Assembly: GCA_965217585.1 (NCBI GenBank)
Contig: OZ244561.1
Span: 4,224,001 to 4,288,000 of the forward strand
Source: Candidatus Latescibacterota bacterium
Lineage (GTDB): Bacteria; Latescibacterota; UBA2968; UBA8231
DNA length: 64,000 nt
Direction of reading: 5' to 3'
How positions within the stretch are numbered: position 1 is the stretch's first letter; each line of letters begins with the position of its first letter. Made by a program: the position numbers and the translations under genes. Shown one piece after another: positions 18,690 through 28,279 of the stretch. The notes beneath the pieces were generated by a model. The model did not search any database, was not told the origin of the DNA, and saw only the letters and a list, made by a program, of their open reading frames with translations.

Positions 18690-20924
18690 ATGACAAAGAG
18701 AGAACGACTGCTCGTCGGCCTGCTGGGACTTATTGCCTTCGGTCTGCGCTGTCTCTACGTCTACCAGAGCGAAGCTAGCCCGTTTTTCGACTTCCCCCAG
18801 GTCGACGCCAAAACCTACACTCAAGCCGCGACCCGGATGGCCGTGGACGGCCATTGGCGAGGCGACCCGACCCCCTTCTGGCAGCCTCCGCTCTATCCCT
18901 ACTTCCTCGGCCTAGTATTCGCACTCTTTGGTCCCGACTACTACATTGCCCGCCTCGTCCAGGCCGTCTTGGGAGCGGTGAACTGCGTACTCATCTACTT
19001 TTTGGGACGCCGGATATTCTCTAGTGCCGTGGGACTTGCAGCGGCTGGCCTCGCCGCCATCTACGGCCCTCTGCTCTTCTTTGACGCCGAATTTCTACCT
19101 CCAGTACTGGCTGTATTTCTCGATCTGTTGCTCATCCTCTCCCTGCTGTGGGCGACTTCCGGAGGTTATCTGAGGCGCTTGGTACCCGGCTTGCTCTTCG
19201 GCCTTGCCGCGCTGTGCGTGGCCAATATCCTCCTCTTTCTGCCTTTTGCCCTCGGGTGGCTTCTATGGCGGGACGCTAACCTCCCTTGGAAACAGCGCCT
19301 GCTGCGCACCTTTCCCCTTCTCCTAGGTGCCCTCCTAGTCATCGCTCCAGTCTCGCTACGCAACTACTTGGTGGGCAACGATTGGGTGCTGATCTCGTCC
19401 AATGCGGGGATCAACTTCTTCATCGGCAACAACGCCGACTACCACAAGACTGTGTCCATTCAGCCCGGCCCCGAATGGCGGAAGCTGGTCGCCAGACCTA
19501 AGAGCGAAGCCGGCCTCGACCGTCCTTCGCAGAAATCCCATTTCTTTTTCTCCCGAGCCTGGGAATTCATCCGCACCCACCCTTTGGACTATGGTCGCCT
19601 CCTGCTCGACAAGATCTATCTCTTTTGGCATGGCCACGAGATCGGCCGCAACCAGGACCTCTACTATGCCCGCAACTTCTCCGCCCTGCTGAGTATGCTG
19701 CTGTGGAAGTCCTCCATTGCCTTCCCCTTCGGGGTGCTGGCTCCTCTGGCCCTGCTGGGCATCGGTCTTTTGTGGAGAGAAGGGCTGCACCGCAAATCCG
19801 GCTCTGCTCTCCTCCTGCTCTTTCTTTTCTCCTATGCCCTCTCGGTCGTCCTCTTCTTCGCAACAGCGCGCTATCGCCTGCCCGTCGTGCCGGTCTTGCT
19901 CCTGTTCGCCGTCCATGGTGCCAAGCGGTGCTACTGCCTCGCGCAAGAGCGGCAGATGCGTCCTCTTATCGGCGCAGCCATCGCCGGTCTGTCCCTGTTG
20001 GCAGTGAGCAATTTCCGAGTGGGGGGCATGGAGGAGGATGCAGAGATCCACTATCGGCTGGGTATGGTATTTCAGCAGCAAGGCCTGCCCGCCAATGCTA
20101 TCGCTGCCTACCGCCAAGCCCTCGCCCTAGATTCGACCCTGCAGGAGTCGCGTTTCAACCTGGGCTCGCTCTACGCCCGGCAGGGACGTTACCAGAAGGC
20201 AATCGCCGAGTATCAGCAGTTTATCGAGCACTTTCCCGAGCATCCCGAGGCCCGCTATAGCTTGGGCAATGTCTTCTTAAAAATTCAGAACTACGGCGAT
20301 GCCTTGGCTCAGTACGAGCAACTTCTTGCAGAGGATGCGGAGGTGGACAAGGTCGATATCCAGGGACTGGTGGCCTATACCTATGTGCAGTTGGGACAAT
20401 TGGAACAGGCCACTCGAGCCTATGAGGATCTGCTCCAGAGCAGGCCGGATTCCCTCAACGCCCGCTATCAGTTGGGACGCGTGTACGAGGCGCGGCAAAT
20501 GCCTGTGGCAGCCGGGCGGGAATACGCCCAGATCTTGGAGCGAGATTCGACCCATGTAGAAGCTCGCTACCGCCTAGCGCTTTTCGCCCTTCGCGGGAAC
20601 GAGTCCGCCGCGAGCAAGGAGCACCTGCAGCTCCTCATCGCCCACAATCCGAACCACATCCAGGGGCGCTGGCTCCTAGCGGCGCAATACGTTATCGAGC
20701 ACAGAGGGGTTGCAGCGCTGGAACAGCTCGAAACCATCCTCGAGATCGAGCCGACCCATATCCAGGCCAACTGGCTAGCGGGCCACTTGACCTATATGGT
20801 CAGAGGGGATACCCTGGCTGGCCGGGCCAAAGTGGATCTGTCTACCAAATATTCTATTGAGAAAAGGGCCCAAGAGTTGGGGAGTATCTTAAGACAGAGG
20901 TTCGAAGACGTGGTGTCCAAATAG
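18690..20924 (+). CDS. GT39/PMT_2 (GT-C fold) glycosyltransferase with C-terminal TPRs
   Basis: DAKTY, PFWQPPLYPYFL, multiple TMs, RNYLV..SNAGINFFIGNN, ARYRLPVVP; about 8 TPR-like repeats. Confidence 0.88.
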   Translation: MTKRERLLVGLLGLIAFGLRCLYVYQSEASPFFDFPQVDAKTYTQAATRMAVDGHWRGDPTPFWQPPLYPYFLGLVFALFGPDYYIARLVQAVLGAVNCVLIYFLGRRIFSSAVGLAAAGLAAIYGPLLFFDAEFLPPVLAVFLDLLLILSLLWATSGGYLRRLVPGLLFGLAALCVANILLFLPFALGWLLWRDANLPWKQRLLRTFPLLLGALLVIAPVSLRNYLVGNDWVLISSNAGINFFIGNNADYHKTVSIQPGPEWRKLVARPKSEAGLDRPSQKSHFFFSRAWEFIRTHPLDYGRLLLDKIYLFWHGHEIGRNQDLYYARNFSALLSMLLWKSSIAFPFGVLAPLALLGIGLLWREGLHRKSGSALLLLFLFSYALSVVLFFATARYRLPVVPVLLLFAVHGAKRCYCLAQERQMRPLIGAAIAGLSLLAVSNFRVGGMEEDAEIHYRLGMVFQQQGLPANAIAAYRQALALDSTLQESRFNLGSLYARQGRYQKAIAEYQQFIEHFPEHPEARYSLGNVFLKIQNYGDALAQYEQLLAEDAEVDKVDIQGLVAYTYVQLGQLEQATRAYEDLLQSRPDSLNARYQLGRVYEARQMPVAAGREYAQILERDSTHVEARYRLALFALRGNESAASKEHLQLLIAHNPNHIQGRWLLAAQYVIEHRGVAALEQLETILEIEPTHIQANWLAGHLTYMVRGDTLAGRAKVDLSTKYSIEKRAQELGSILRQRFEDVVSK

Positions 20925-20932
20925 GTGCACTA

Positions 20933-23698
20933 TTAATAGACCACCGCTACGGGCCTTATCTGCTCGCTGTCCTTGGCGTCTCCCTCGACCACAACCCGCA
21001 ATAGATAGATCCCTGGAGGCACCAGATTTCCGGCCGCATCCCTCCCATTCCATCCGAGGCCGGGAATAACACTCTGATCATAGTGGCCGCTCAACCCCTC
21101 GCTGTCGTGGAGCGCGAATACCAGTTGGCCCGAAAGGTCGAAGAGGTGCAGGCTGATTTTAGCTTCGCGGGTAATGGTCAGGACATCGTACTCAATGCTC
21201 AGAATATCGTTGATTCCATCATCGTTGGGCGTAAAGGGATTGGGAGATACCCTTAGAGAGCCGATGAGCTCTCCTCGGGCGATGGCCGGACTCAACACCG
21301 TGATGCCCGAAGCCGTCGGCAGATCTCCTTCCCCTAATAGCGTTGCATTTCCAGGGGTAATTCGCTGTATGGCGCCTTCCTGGGTTGACAGGATGGCCTG
21401 CCCCGCGACCACAGTGCTGTAGAGCAGCACCTTGCTGCGGAAGAATATCTTCAGCAGTCTCTCTCCACCTTCGGCTGGTCTGGCAATGTGGGGAAATTTT
21501 ACCGTGAAGTTGCGCTCCGCCACCTCCGCAATCGCAAAGGTATCGCCGGCGGCAGCTACCGAATAGGGCAGGACGTGTATACTGCCGTCCTCGAGTTGCA
21601 CGACAGAATTTCCCTCGCTATCGAGGGCGATATCCGCATTCAGGTCCCGTTCGGCTAGGACTGAACCAACTTCGTCTACAATCTGGATTTTGTCGATGCC
21701 CAGAACCTGGGTGGGAGTTTCAATCTGGAAGGCATCAAACCCCGCCACCCCCTCGATGTCCATCAGCGCTTTCACCGCATAGGTGAACTGCACCGTCTCA
21801 AAGGCTTCTACTTCGCGCGGATAAATTTCGGCGATCAGGTCGTCAGCCAGCGGCGGTGCCAGGTACTCGATAGTCAATTGCTCTATCATTTTGGTGGCGT
21901 CTATGCGGCTGTTCTGGAACTCTAGCGAGAACTGGATGTAGCGCCGCGGACCGGGCGAGAGAATTGACGTGCCTCCAGGTGCATCCCCGCCGCTATAAGG
22001 TGCCGACCAAGGGCTCCAGTTTTGTAGGTCTTCCTCAACCGCCCACTGGACCCACGGGTCCTCCAGTTTTAGGTATTCCTCGCGGCCGAGTGGTTCGTTG
22101 GGGTTTTTCAGTGAAGTCGCCTGTTCGGGATCGGCGAGCCGCTGGATATTTCTGCGCTTATAGACAATGGGGGTGGGATCGCTCCCCGTCCGGGTGCGAA
22201 TGAGGATATCGGTGGCGACTCGACGACCCGGCGGGGCGACGCGTTCGGTCCAACTGATATTGCCCCAGGTGGCGACCTCCCCTAGATCGAAGACGGGAGA
22301 AATGTAGGAACTGGCGGCGACAAATCCTTGTCCGTAGACCTCCAATTCGTCTATCTCATAGGGGAAGGACGAGGTGGATTTAATGCGCACGTAGCGCACC
22401 AAGCGGGCCGGCTTCACCTCTATATCGAGTACGGGCTCCTCATTTTCCGCGCTCCTCAACAGGGGCACATAGTCGTTGGTGCGGGGCGAAAACCTGCCAA
22501 AACTGTCGCGCACCAAGTTGCGGCCGTCGTGCAGCAAAAGCTCGAATTGTCGGAGAAAATCGTTCTGGAAAGGGAATTGCGGGGCGTTCTGGACCGTATT
22601 GCGCGGATAGAAGCGGATCCTATTGATGCCAATGGGAGTGCCCAAATCGAGCACGATGAAAGTACCCAGTATCGGCTGGTCCCCTTTGCGTTCAAAGGCG
22701 TCTTCTGATCCACCCGGCTCAATCAATTCTAGCAGAATAGGTGCCAGGGCGGTCGTGGAAAGATCTTTGACCGACGGCGCTGTAATTTCGCCGTTGAACT
22801 CGAGGGCTCTTTGAGCCACGTTTTCACCTAGGGCAATGTGAACCGGGCTCAGCGCCACCGGCAACACCACGGGATTCTTGGTCCCGGGAGGCAGCCGTTG
22901 CCCCTCGTCTTCGTCCTGCAAGCTTTTTGCCGCTGGGCGGGCGACCAACTTGCCCCGCTGTCTTCCTGGTCTCTGTGTCTGCTCCCCTGTTTCCTTGTTT
23001 TTACAGATCACCTTATAACAGTCTGCAAGCGTCTTTTGCTCCGCGCCCACCTGCTGGAAGTAAGTCTCGCACTCTCCCCAATCTTCCGGGATGAGACCGG
23101 TTCCCTGGGCGACATGGGCACCGGAAATCTGCAATTCGAAGGTCTTCGCTTCCTCGGCACAACTGAGGTCGCCTCCTTCCTCCTCGGCAAAGCCGTCCCT
23201 GGTCTCTCCCTCCGGCCGGATCGGGTCCAGGGCCTCGCCGACCTGCTGCATGCGTTCTGCGAGATCGTCCCCGACCTGGAATCCGATTAACACGGTGGAC
23301 AGGTTGCCTTGGACGCTGGTCTCCAAGCTGGCGATCCCGCTGAGCGGAGAGGTCGCCTCTATCAGCATCTGGTTGACTAGGTCCATTTGCTCTGCGAGGA
23401 GTTCGGGCTCAACATCAACCACGGTCTTGATCTGAACGGAGGGAACGACGTCGTCCAAGATCGACAGATCGATCAGATTGCCAGGGGCACTGCCCACCTC
23501 GGTCGACTTCAGTCCCACTATGTGTTCGGCGGGAAAAGTGGTTATATTCCCCCCCAAGGTCGTGCCCCCCCAAGAGACATTGCCGTTGACGCCGACCCGC
23601 AAGAACTCCACCGCCCTAGCCTCGTCTGTCCACATGGGACCTAAAACTCCAATGGTGAAAAACGCGGATAGAAGCTGATACAGTGGATGGCGCACCAT
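20933..23698 (-). CDS. Secreted FlgD-Ig/CHU_C-terminated paralog (921 aa) with N-terminal insertion
   Basis: RBS GGAGG; signal peptide; LDLG..INRIRFYPR, IRTRTG, WSPWSAPY, SPGPRRYIQ, AEIYP, SPNPFTPNDDGIND..PPGIY..AVVY. Confidence 0.85.
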   Translation of the reverse strand: MVRHPLYQLLSAFFTIGVLGPMWTDEARAVEFLRVGVNGNVSWGGTTLGGNITTFPAEHIVGLKSTEVGSAPGNLIDLSILDDVVPSVQIKTVVDVEPELLAEQMDLVNQMLIEATSPLSGIASLETSVQGNLSTVLIGFQVGDDLAERMQQVGEALDPIRPEGETRDGFAEEEGGDLSCAEEAKTFELQISGAHVAQGTGLIPEDWGECETYFQQVGAEQKTLADCYKVICKNKETGEQTQRPGRQRGKLVARPAAKSLQDEDEGQRLPPGTKNPVVLPVALSPVHIALGENVAQRALEFNGEITAPSVKDLSTTALAPILLELIEPGGSEDAFERKGDQPILGTFIVLDLGTPIGINRIRFYPRNTVQNAPQFPFQNDFLRQFELLLHDGRNLVRDSFGRFSPRTNDYVPLLRSAENEEPVLDIEVKPARLVRYVRIKSTSSFPYEIDELEVYGQGFVAASSYISPVFDLGEVATWGNISWTERVAPPGRRVATDILIRTRTGSDPTPIVYKRRNIQRLADPEQATSLKNPNEPLGREEYLKLEDPWVQWAVEEDLQNWSPWSAPYSGGDAPGGTSILSPGPRRYIQFSLEFQNSRIDATKMIEQLTIEYLAPPLADDLIAEIYPREVEAFETVQFTYAVKALMDIEGVAGFDAFQIETPTQVLGIDKIQIVDEVGSVLAERDLNADIALDSEGNSVVQLEDGSIHVLPYSVAAAGDTFAIAEVAERNFTVKFPHIARPAEGGERLLKIFFRSKVLLYSTVVAGQAILSTQEGAIQRITPGNATLLGEGDLPTASGITVLSPAIARGELIGSLRVSPNPFTPNDDGINDILSIEYDVLTITREAKISLHLFDLSGQLVFALHDSEGLSGHYDQSVIPGLGWNGRDAAGNLVPPGIYLLRVVVEGDAKDSEQIRPVAVVY

Positions 23699-23859
23699 AA
23701 GAAGTCCTCCGCCGTCGAAAGAAAATCTTCCCGTAGTCCCGTAGTATAGTAAAATTCCGCGCCCATTAAAAATTTCATTCTCACCGCATCTTTGACTAAA
23801 TTAGGGCTGCCAGAATTGGAACCAACGCCGCGTTTTAATTTCTGAGGAGGGCACAGGGG

Positions 23860-25992
23860 ATGTCGATCCGTTATGCGTCTCTACTTCTCACCTTTCTGGT
23901 TCTCCTATGCGCCAGGACCAACGCCTTCAATGTGTATCACCTAGGCGGCACCGACGGCCATCCGTGGCAGACGGCCCTGTCCTACGAGCCAGGGGACTAT
24001 CTGGTGCTCAAACCCGATGGCACGGCCGACCAGCGTCTGCCCCTCGCGGCTCCCTCCGCCCATCCGACTTGGGAGGACACTCTAGCTGATCGCATAGACA
24101 GTTTGGGCGGGCAATGGCTGCGACCCTTCTTCCTCCCCGATACCCTCAACCTAGCCCAAGATGGGATCCGGGAACGCTACGATAACGACTTCTTTGTCGA
24201 CGGCAACCTGTTTACCAGCGGTGCGAGCTACGATGTGGAATCTCAGACGAGGCTGATGCGTCCGGCGGTCGATGGCGATCCGCAGACGGCTTCTTTCTAC
24301 ACGGCTTCGGCTTCGAGCGATCCGACCATTCGCCGGGGCATCTACATTCAGAACAATATTGTAGATCTGGGGGTAAACTATCCGGTCAATCGCATCCGCT
24401 TCTTTCCCCGTCTGGGCACCAGCAATCCCAATATCGATGCGATTCTCGCGGCGATGGCCCCTCCCAAGCTGCACAAAGAGGATCTGCTGGAGGAGGATTT
24501 CTCCGCCAATTTCATGCCTTGGTTCGAAGTGGCCGCCGCCAACAGCGACCAGAATCTGGGGCCTTTCACTGGTGGATGGCTGCGAGGAATCATCCCCGGC
24601 ATCCCCAACGCCAAAAGTGATTCGCGCTTCACCGTCCTCTTCACTGACCGAGAGAATCTGGACGTGCTGGTGGATTTTCGCTTTCCCACCCAGCAGTTGC
24701 GCTGGATTGCCTACCGCGTCCTCGACCCCATCCGCAACTACGAAATTGCCGAATTTCAAGTGTTCGGCTCGGGCTATATCCAACGCGCGGTCTACACCAC
24801 GGCCGTATTGGACTTCGGCCAGCCCATGGCCTGGGGCAACATCCGCTGGAAGGGAACACGCGATCCTCAGGCCAAACTCCTCATCCGCACCCGCACCGGC
24901 CACGACGACGAGCCGCTGCTCTACTGGCAGAAAACCAGTATCCCCGGCGAGTTCAAGCAAGTCACCCGCAAGGAATACGATATCACCCTCAAACGCGAAC
25001 GACGCCTTACTCTCGACGAACAAAACTGGAGTTTCTGGTCGGCACCTTATGCTTGGCCGGCTGGGTTGGCCGATACCACCTTGGAGGCTGCAGCCTGGCA
25101 GGATGGCACGCCTATTCTGTCGCCGGGTCCGGCGCGCTACCTGCAACTGCAACTGCTTTTTCTCTCCACCCAGACGGATGCGGCCAAACTGCGGGAGTTG
25201 GAAATCCAGTTTTCGCCTCCGGCTGCCCTGCGCGCCGTCGGTGAGATCTGGCCGTTGGATGTGTCCCGTACCCACAGTACCGCCTTCACCTATAGTGTCC
25301 TACCCACCTTTGATCGCGACACCCAGGGTTTTGACCGACTGGAGATTTTTACCCTGACTCGGGCTGACACTGTGCGCTCGGTGCGCGTCGATGGGGCGGA
25401 GGTGAGCGATCAGTTTCCACCCCAAATCCAAAAGGACCGGATTCTGGTCGCCCTACCTCGGTTGCAAGGGGGGGACGACACCTTCAAGCTAGTCGAAATC
25501 GAGTTCGACGCGCGCGTGGTGCGCTACGGCACGGAATTCCAGGGCTGGATCTTCGACAGCGAGGGCACGGGGGTCAAACAGTTGATTGAGCCGGGCGATG
25601 CCACGGTGGATTTTCCCGGCAATGCGCTGGGGGTGCGTCCGACCGGGCTGGGCGATGCGTTGCTGACACAGGTGTCGGTCTTTCCCAATCCGTTCACGCC
25701 CAACGGCGATGGTCTCAACGATGTGGCTCGCTTTCAGTTTCAACTCCACGAGGTATCTGCCCCGCGCGATTTGCGGCTGCGGGTGTATGATGTGTCGGGT
25801 CGGCTGGTGCGTCAGTTGGATCGTCAGTTGGCCATTCGGGGTCTGTTTGGCGAGGGGGTTGAGGATCCGGTCTGGGATGGTCTGGATGAGGGCGGTGGTT
25901 TGGTTGCGCCGGGGATTTACCTCTACCGGATTTCGCTGGACACAGACGAGGGAGCAAGAGAAAAGCTAGGCACTATCTCGGTCGTCTATTGA
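23860..25992 (+). CDS. Secreted FlgD-Ig/CHU_C-terminated paralog, tandem copy A (710 aa)
   Basis: RBS GAGGAGG; signal peptide; DLG..VNRIRFFPR, IRTRTG, WSFWSAPY, SPGPARYLQ, FPNPFTPNGDGLND..APGIY..SVVY. Confidence 0.88.
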   Translation: MSIRYASLLLTFLVLLCARTNAFNVYHLGGTDGHPWQTALSYEPGDYLVLKPDGTADQRLPLAAPSAHPTWEDTLADRIDSLGGQWLRPFFLPDTLNLAQDGIRERYDNDFFVDGNLFTSGASYDVESQTRLMRPAVDGDPQTASFYTASASSDPTIRRGIYIQNNIVDLGVNYPVNRIRFFPRLGTSNPNIDAILAAMAPPKLHKEDLLEEDFSANFMPWFEVAAANSDQNLGPFTGGWLRGIIPGIPNAKSDSRFTVLFTDRENLDVLVDFRFPTQQLRWIAYRVLDPIRNYEIAEFQVFGSGYIQRAVYTTAVLDFGQPMAWGNIRWKGTRDPQAKLLIRTRTGHDDEPLLYWQKTSIPGEFKQVTRKEYDITLKRERRLTLDEQNWSFWSAPYAWPAGLADTTLEAAAWQDGTPILSPGPARYLQLQLLFLSTQTDAAKLRELEIQFSPPAALRAVGEIWPLDVSRTHSTAFTYSVLPTFDRDTQGFDRLEIFTLTRADTVRSVRVDGAEVSDQFPPQIQKDRILVALPRLQGGDDTFKLVEIEFDARVVRYGTEFQGWIFDSEGTGVKQLIEPGDATVDFPGNALGVRPTGLGDALLTQVSVFPNPFTPNGDGLNDVARFQFQLHEVSAPRDLRLRVYDVSGRLVRQLDRQLAIRGLFGEGVEDPVWDGLDEGGGLVAPGIYLYRISLDTDEGAREKLGTISVVY

Positions 25993-26015
25993 CTCAATTG
26001 AGAGGAAAACAGGAT

Positions 26016-28148
26016 ATGTCGGCCCGTTATGCGCCTCTACTTCTCACCTTTCTAATTCTCCTATGTGCCAAGACCAGTGCCTTCAATGTGTATCATCTGG
26101 GCGGCACAGACGGCAATCAGTGGCAGACAGCCCTGTCCTACGAGCCAGGGGAGTATCAGGTCCTCAACCCCGATGGCACTGCCAGCCAGCGCCTCCCCCT
26201 CATAGCCCCCTCCACCCACCCGACCTGGGAGGACACTCTGGCCGATCGCATAGACAGTGTGGGCGGGCAATGGCTGCGGCCCTTCTTCGTCCCCGATACC
26301 CTCAACCTAGCCCAGGATGGGATCCGGGAACGCTACAGAAATGACTTCTTTGTCGACGGCAACCTGTTTACCAGCGGCCCGAGCTACGAAGTGAGTGCCC
26401 AGACGGGGCTGATGAGACCGGCGGTCGACGGCGACCCGCAGACGGCCTCTTTCTACACCGCCTCAGCCACGAGCGATCCGACCATTCGCAGGGGCATCTA
26501 CATCCAGAACAATGTCGTAGATCTGGGGGTAAACTATCCGGTCAATCGCATCCGCTTTTTTCCCCGTCTGGGCACCAGCAATCCCAGAATCGACGAGATT
26601 CTCGAGGACATGGCCCCTCCCAAGCTACGCAAAGAGGACCTGCTGGAGGAGGATTTCTCCGTCAATTTCATGCCTTGGTTCGAACTGGCCGCCGCCAACA
26701 GCGACCAGACTCTGGTGTCGGACGCTGGGGCGTATCTGCGAGGAATCATCCCCGGCGTCCCCAACGCCAAGAGTGATTCGCGCTTCACCGTCCTCTTCGC
26801 CGACCGGGAGAATCTGGACGTGGTCATGGATTTTCGCTTTCCCACCCAGCAGTTGCGCTGGATTTCCTATCGCGTCCTCGACCCCATCCGCAACTACGAA
26901 ATTGCCGAATTTCAAGTATTCGGCTCGGGCTATATCCAACGAGCGGTCTACACTACTGCAGTACTAGACTTCGGCCAGCCCATGGCCTGGGGCAACATCC
27001 GCTGGAAAGGAGAACGCGACCCCCAGGCCCAACTCCTCATCCGCACCCGCACCGGCCACGACGACGAGCCGCTGCTCTACTGGCAGAAAACCAGTATACC
27101 CGGCGAGTTCAAGAAAATCACCCGCAAGGAATACAATATCACCCTCAAACGCGAACGACGCCTCACCCTCGACGAACAAAACTGGAGCTTCTGGTCGGCT
27201 CCTTATGCTTGGCACGCCGGCTTGGCCGATTCCACCCTGGAGGCCGCCGCTTGGCGGGATGGCACCCCCATCCTGTCGCCGGGGCCGGCGCGCTACCTGC
27301 AACTGCAGCTCCTCTTCCTCTCCACCCAGACGGATGCGGCCAAGCTGCGGGAATTGGAAATCCAGTTTTCGCCTCCGGCTGCCCTGCGCGCCGTCGGTGA
27401 GATCTGGCCGTTGGACGTGTCCCGCACCCACAGCACCGCCTTCACCTACAGTATTCTGCCCACCTTTGATCGCGACACCCAAGGTTTTGACCAGCTAGAG
27501 ATTTTCACCCTGACTCGGGCCGACACCGTGCGCTCGGTACGCGTTGATGGGGTGGAAGTGCGCGACCAGTTCCCACCCGAAATCCAAGCGGACCGGATTC
27601 TGGTCGGCCTGCCCCGGCTGCAAGGGAGCGACGACACCTTCAAGCTGGTCGAAGTCGAGTTCGACGCGCGCGTGGTGCGCTACGGCACGGAATTCCAGGG
27701 CTGGATCTTCGACAGCGAGGGCACGGGGGTCAAACAGTTGATTGAGCCGGGCGATGCCACGGTGGATTTTCCCGGCAATGCGCTGGGGGTGCGTTCTGCC
27801 GGGCTGGGCGATGAGTTGCTGACTCGGGTGTCGATCTTTCCCAATCCGTTCACGCCCAACGGCGATGGTCTCAACGATGTAGCTCGCTTTCAGTTTCAAC
27901 TCCACGAGGTATCCGCCCCACGCGACTTGCGGCTGCGTCTGTATGATGTGTCGGGTCGGCTGGTGCGGCAGTTGGATCGTCAGTTGGCCATTCGGGGTCT
28001 GTTTGGCGAGGGGGTCGAGGATCCGGTCTGGGATGGTCTGGATGAGGGCGGTGGTTTGGTTGCGCCCGGGATTTACCTCTATCGGATTTCGCTGGACACA
28101 GACGAGGGAAGAAAGGAAAAGGTAGGCACTATCTCGGTCGCCTATTAG
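26016..28148 (+). CDS. Secreted FlgD-Ig/CHU_C-terminated paralog, tandem copy B (710 aa)
   Basis: Colinear with copy A at offset 2156 nt and identical in length; ATG 26016 after GAGGA. Confidence 0.88.
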   Translation: MSARYAPLLLTFLILLCAKTSAFNVYHLGGTDGNQWQTALSYEPGEYQVLNPDGTASQRLPLIAPSTHPTWEDTLADRIDSVGGQWLRPFFVPDTLNLAQDGIRERYRNDFFVDGNLFTSGPSYEVSAQTGLMRPAVDGDPQTASFYTASATSDPTIRRGIYIQNNVVDLGVNYPVNRIRFFPRLGTSNPRIDEILEDMAPPKLRKEDLLEEDFSVNFMPWFELAAANSDQTLVSDAGAYLRGIIPGVPNAKSDSRFTVLFADRENLDVVMDFRFPTQQLRWISYRVLDPIRNYEIAEFQVFGSGYIQRAVYTTAVLDFGQPMAWGNIRWKGERDPQAQLLIRTRTGHDDEPLLYWQKTSIPGEFKKITRKEYNITLKRERRLTLDEQNWSFWSAPYAWHAGLADSTLEAAAWRDGTPILSPGPARYLQLQLLFLSTQTDAAKLRELEIQFSPPAALRAVGEIWPLDVSRTHSTAFTYSILPTFDRDTQGFDQLEIFTLTRADTVRSVRVDGVEVRDQFPPEIQADRILVGLPRLQGSDDTFKLVEVEFDARVVRYGTEFQGWIFDSEGTGVKQLIEPGDATVDFPGNALGVRSAGLGDELLTRVSIFPNPFTPNGDGLNDVARFQFQLHEVSAPRDLRLRLYDVSGRLVRQLDRQLAIRGLFGEGVEDPVWDGLDEGGGLVAPGIYLYRISLDTDEGRKEKVGTISVAY

Positions 28149-28279
28149 GCCCGTTTGCGCAGGAGCGATGTTTCCAGCCACGGCAAGCTCTGGAAGGGCC
28201 TTCCTGATTGCCTATCTGGCGACTGCGAAGCACTGGAAACGGAGTTGATTTCACGGGTACGCAACCCCGATCCTACCCA

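Larger units (their letters stand above)
23860..28148 (+). repeat. Tandem whole-gene duplication (period 2156 nt)
   Basis: Two 2133-nt ORFs align without gaps; 25501-25638 is identical to 27657-27794. Confidence 0.95.

Noticed and set aside
23729-23745. CCCGTAGT doublet in the divergent promoter region
   Set aside because: Two copies of 8 nt is too little to support an operator call.
24151-25275. 374-aa antisense ORF (also 3936-4967, 39929-40822, 57557-58561 and similar)
   Set aside because: Shadow frames of well-supported genes in GC-rich DNA, with no family motifs or RBS.
23860-28148. Tandem near-identical genes as a DGR template/variable repeat pair
   Set aside because: Both are full-length ORFs, the differences are not confined to adenines, and no reverse transcriptase is in the window.
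7222-28148. Flagellar hook-cap (flgD) genes
   Set aside because: Only the C-terminal Ig-like module resembles FlgD; the proteins have Sec signals and there is no flagellar context.
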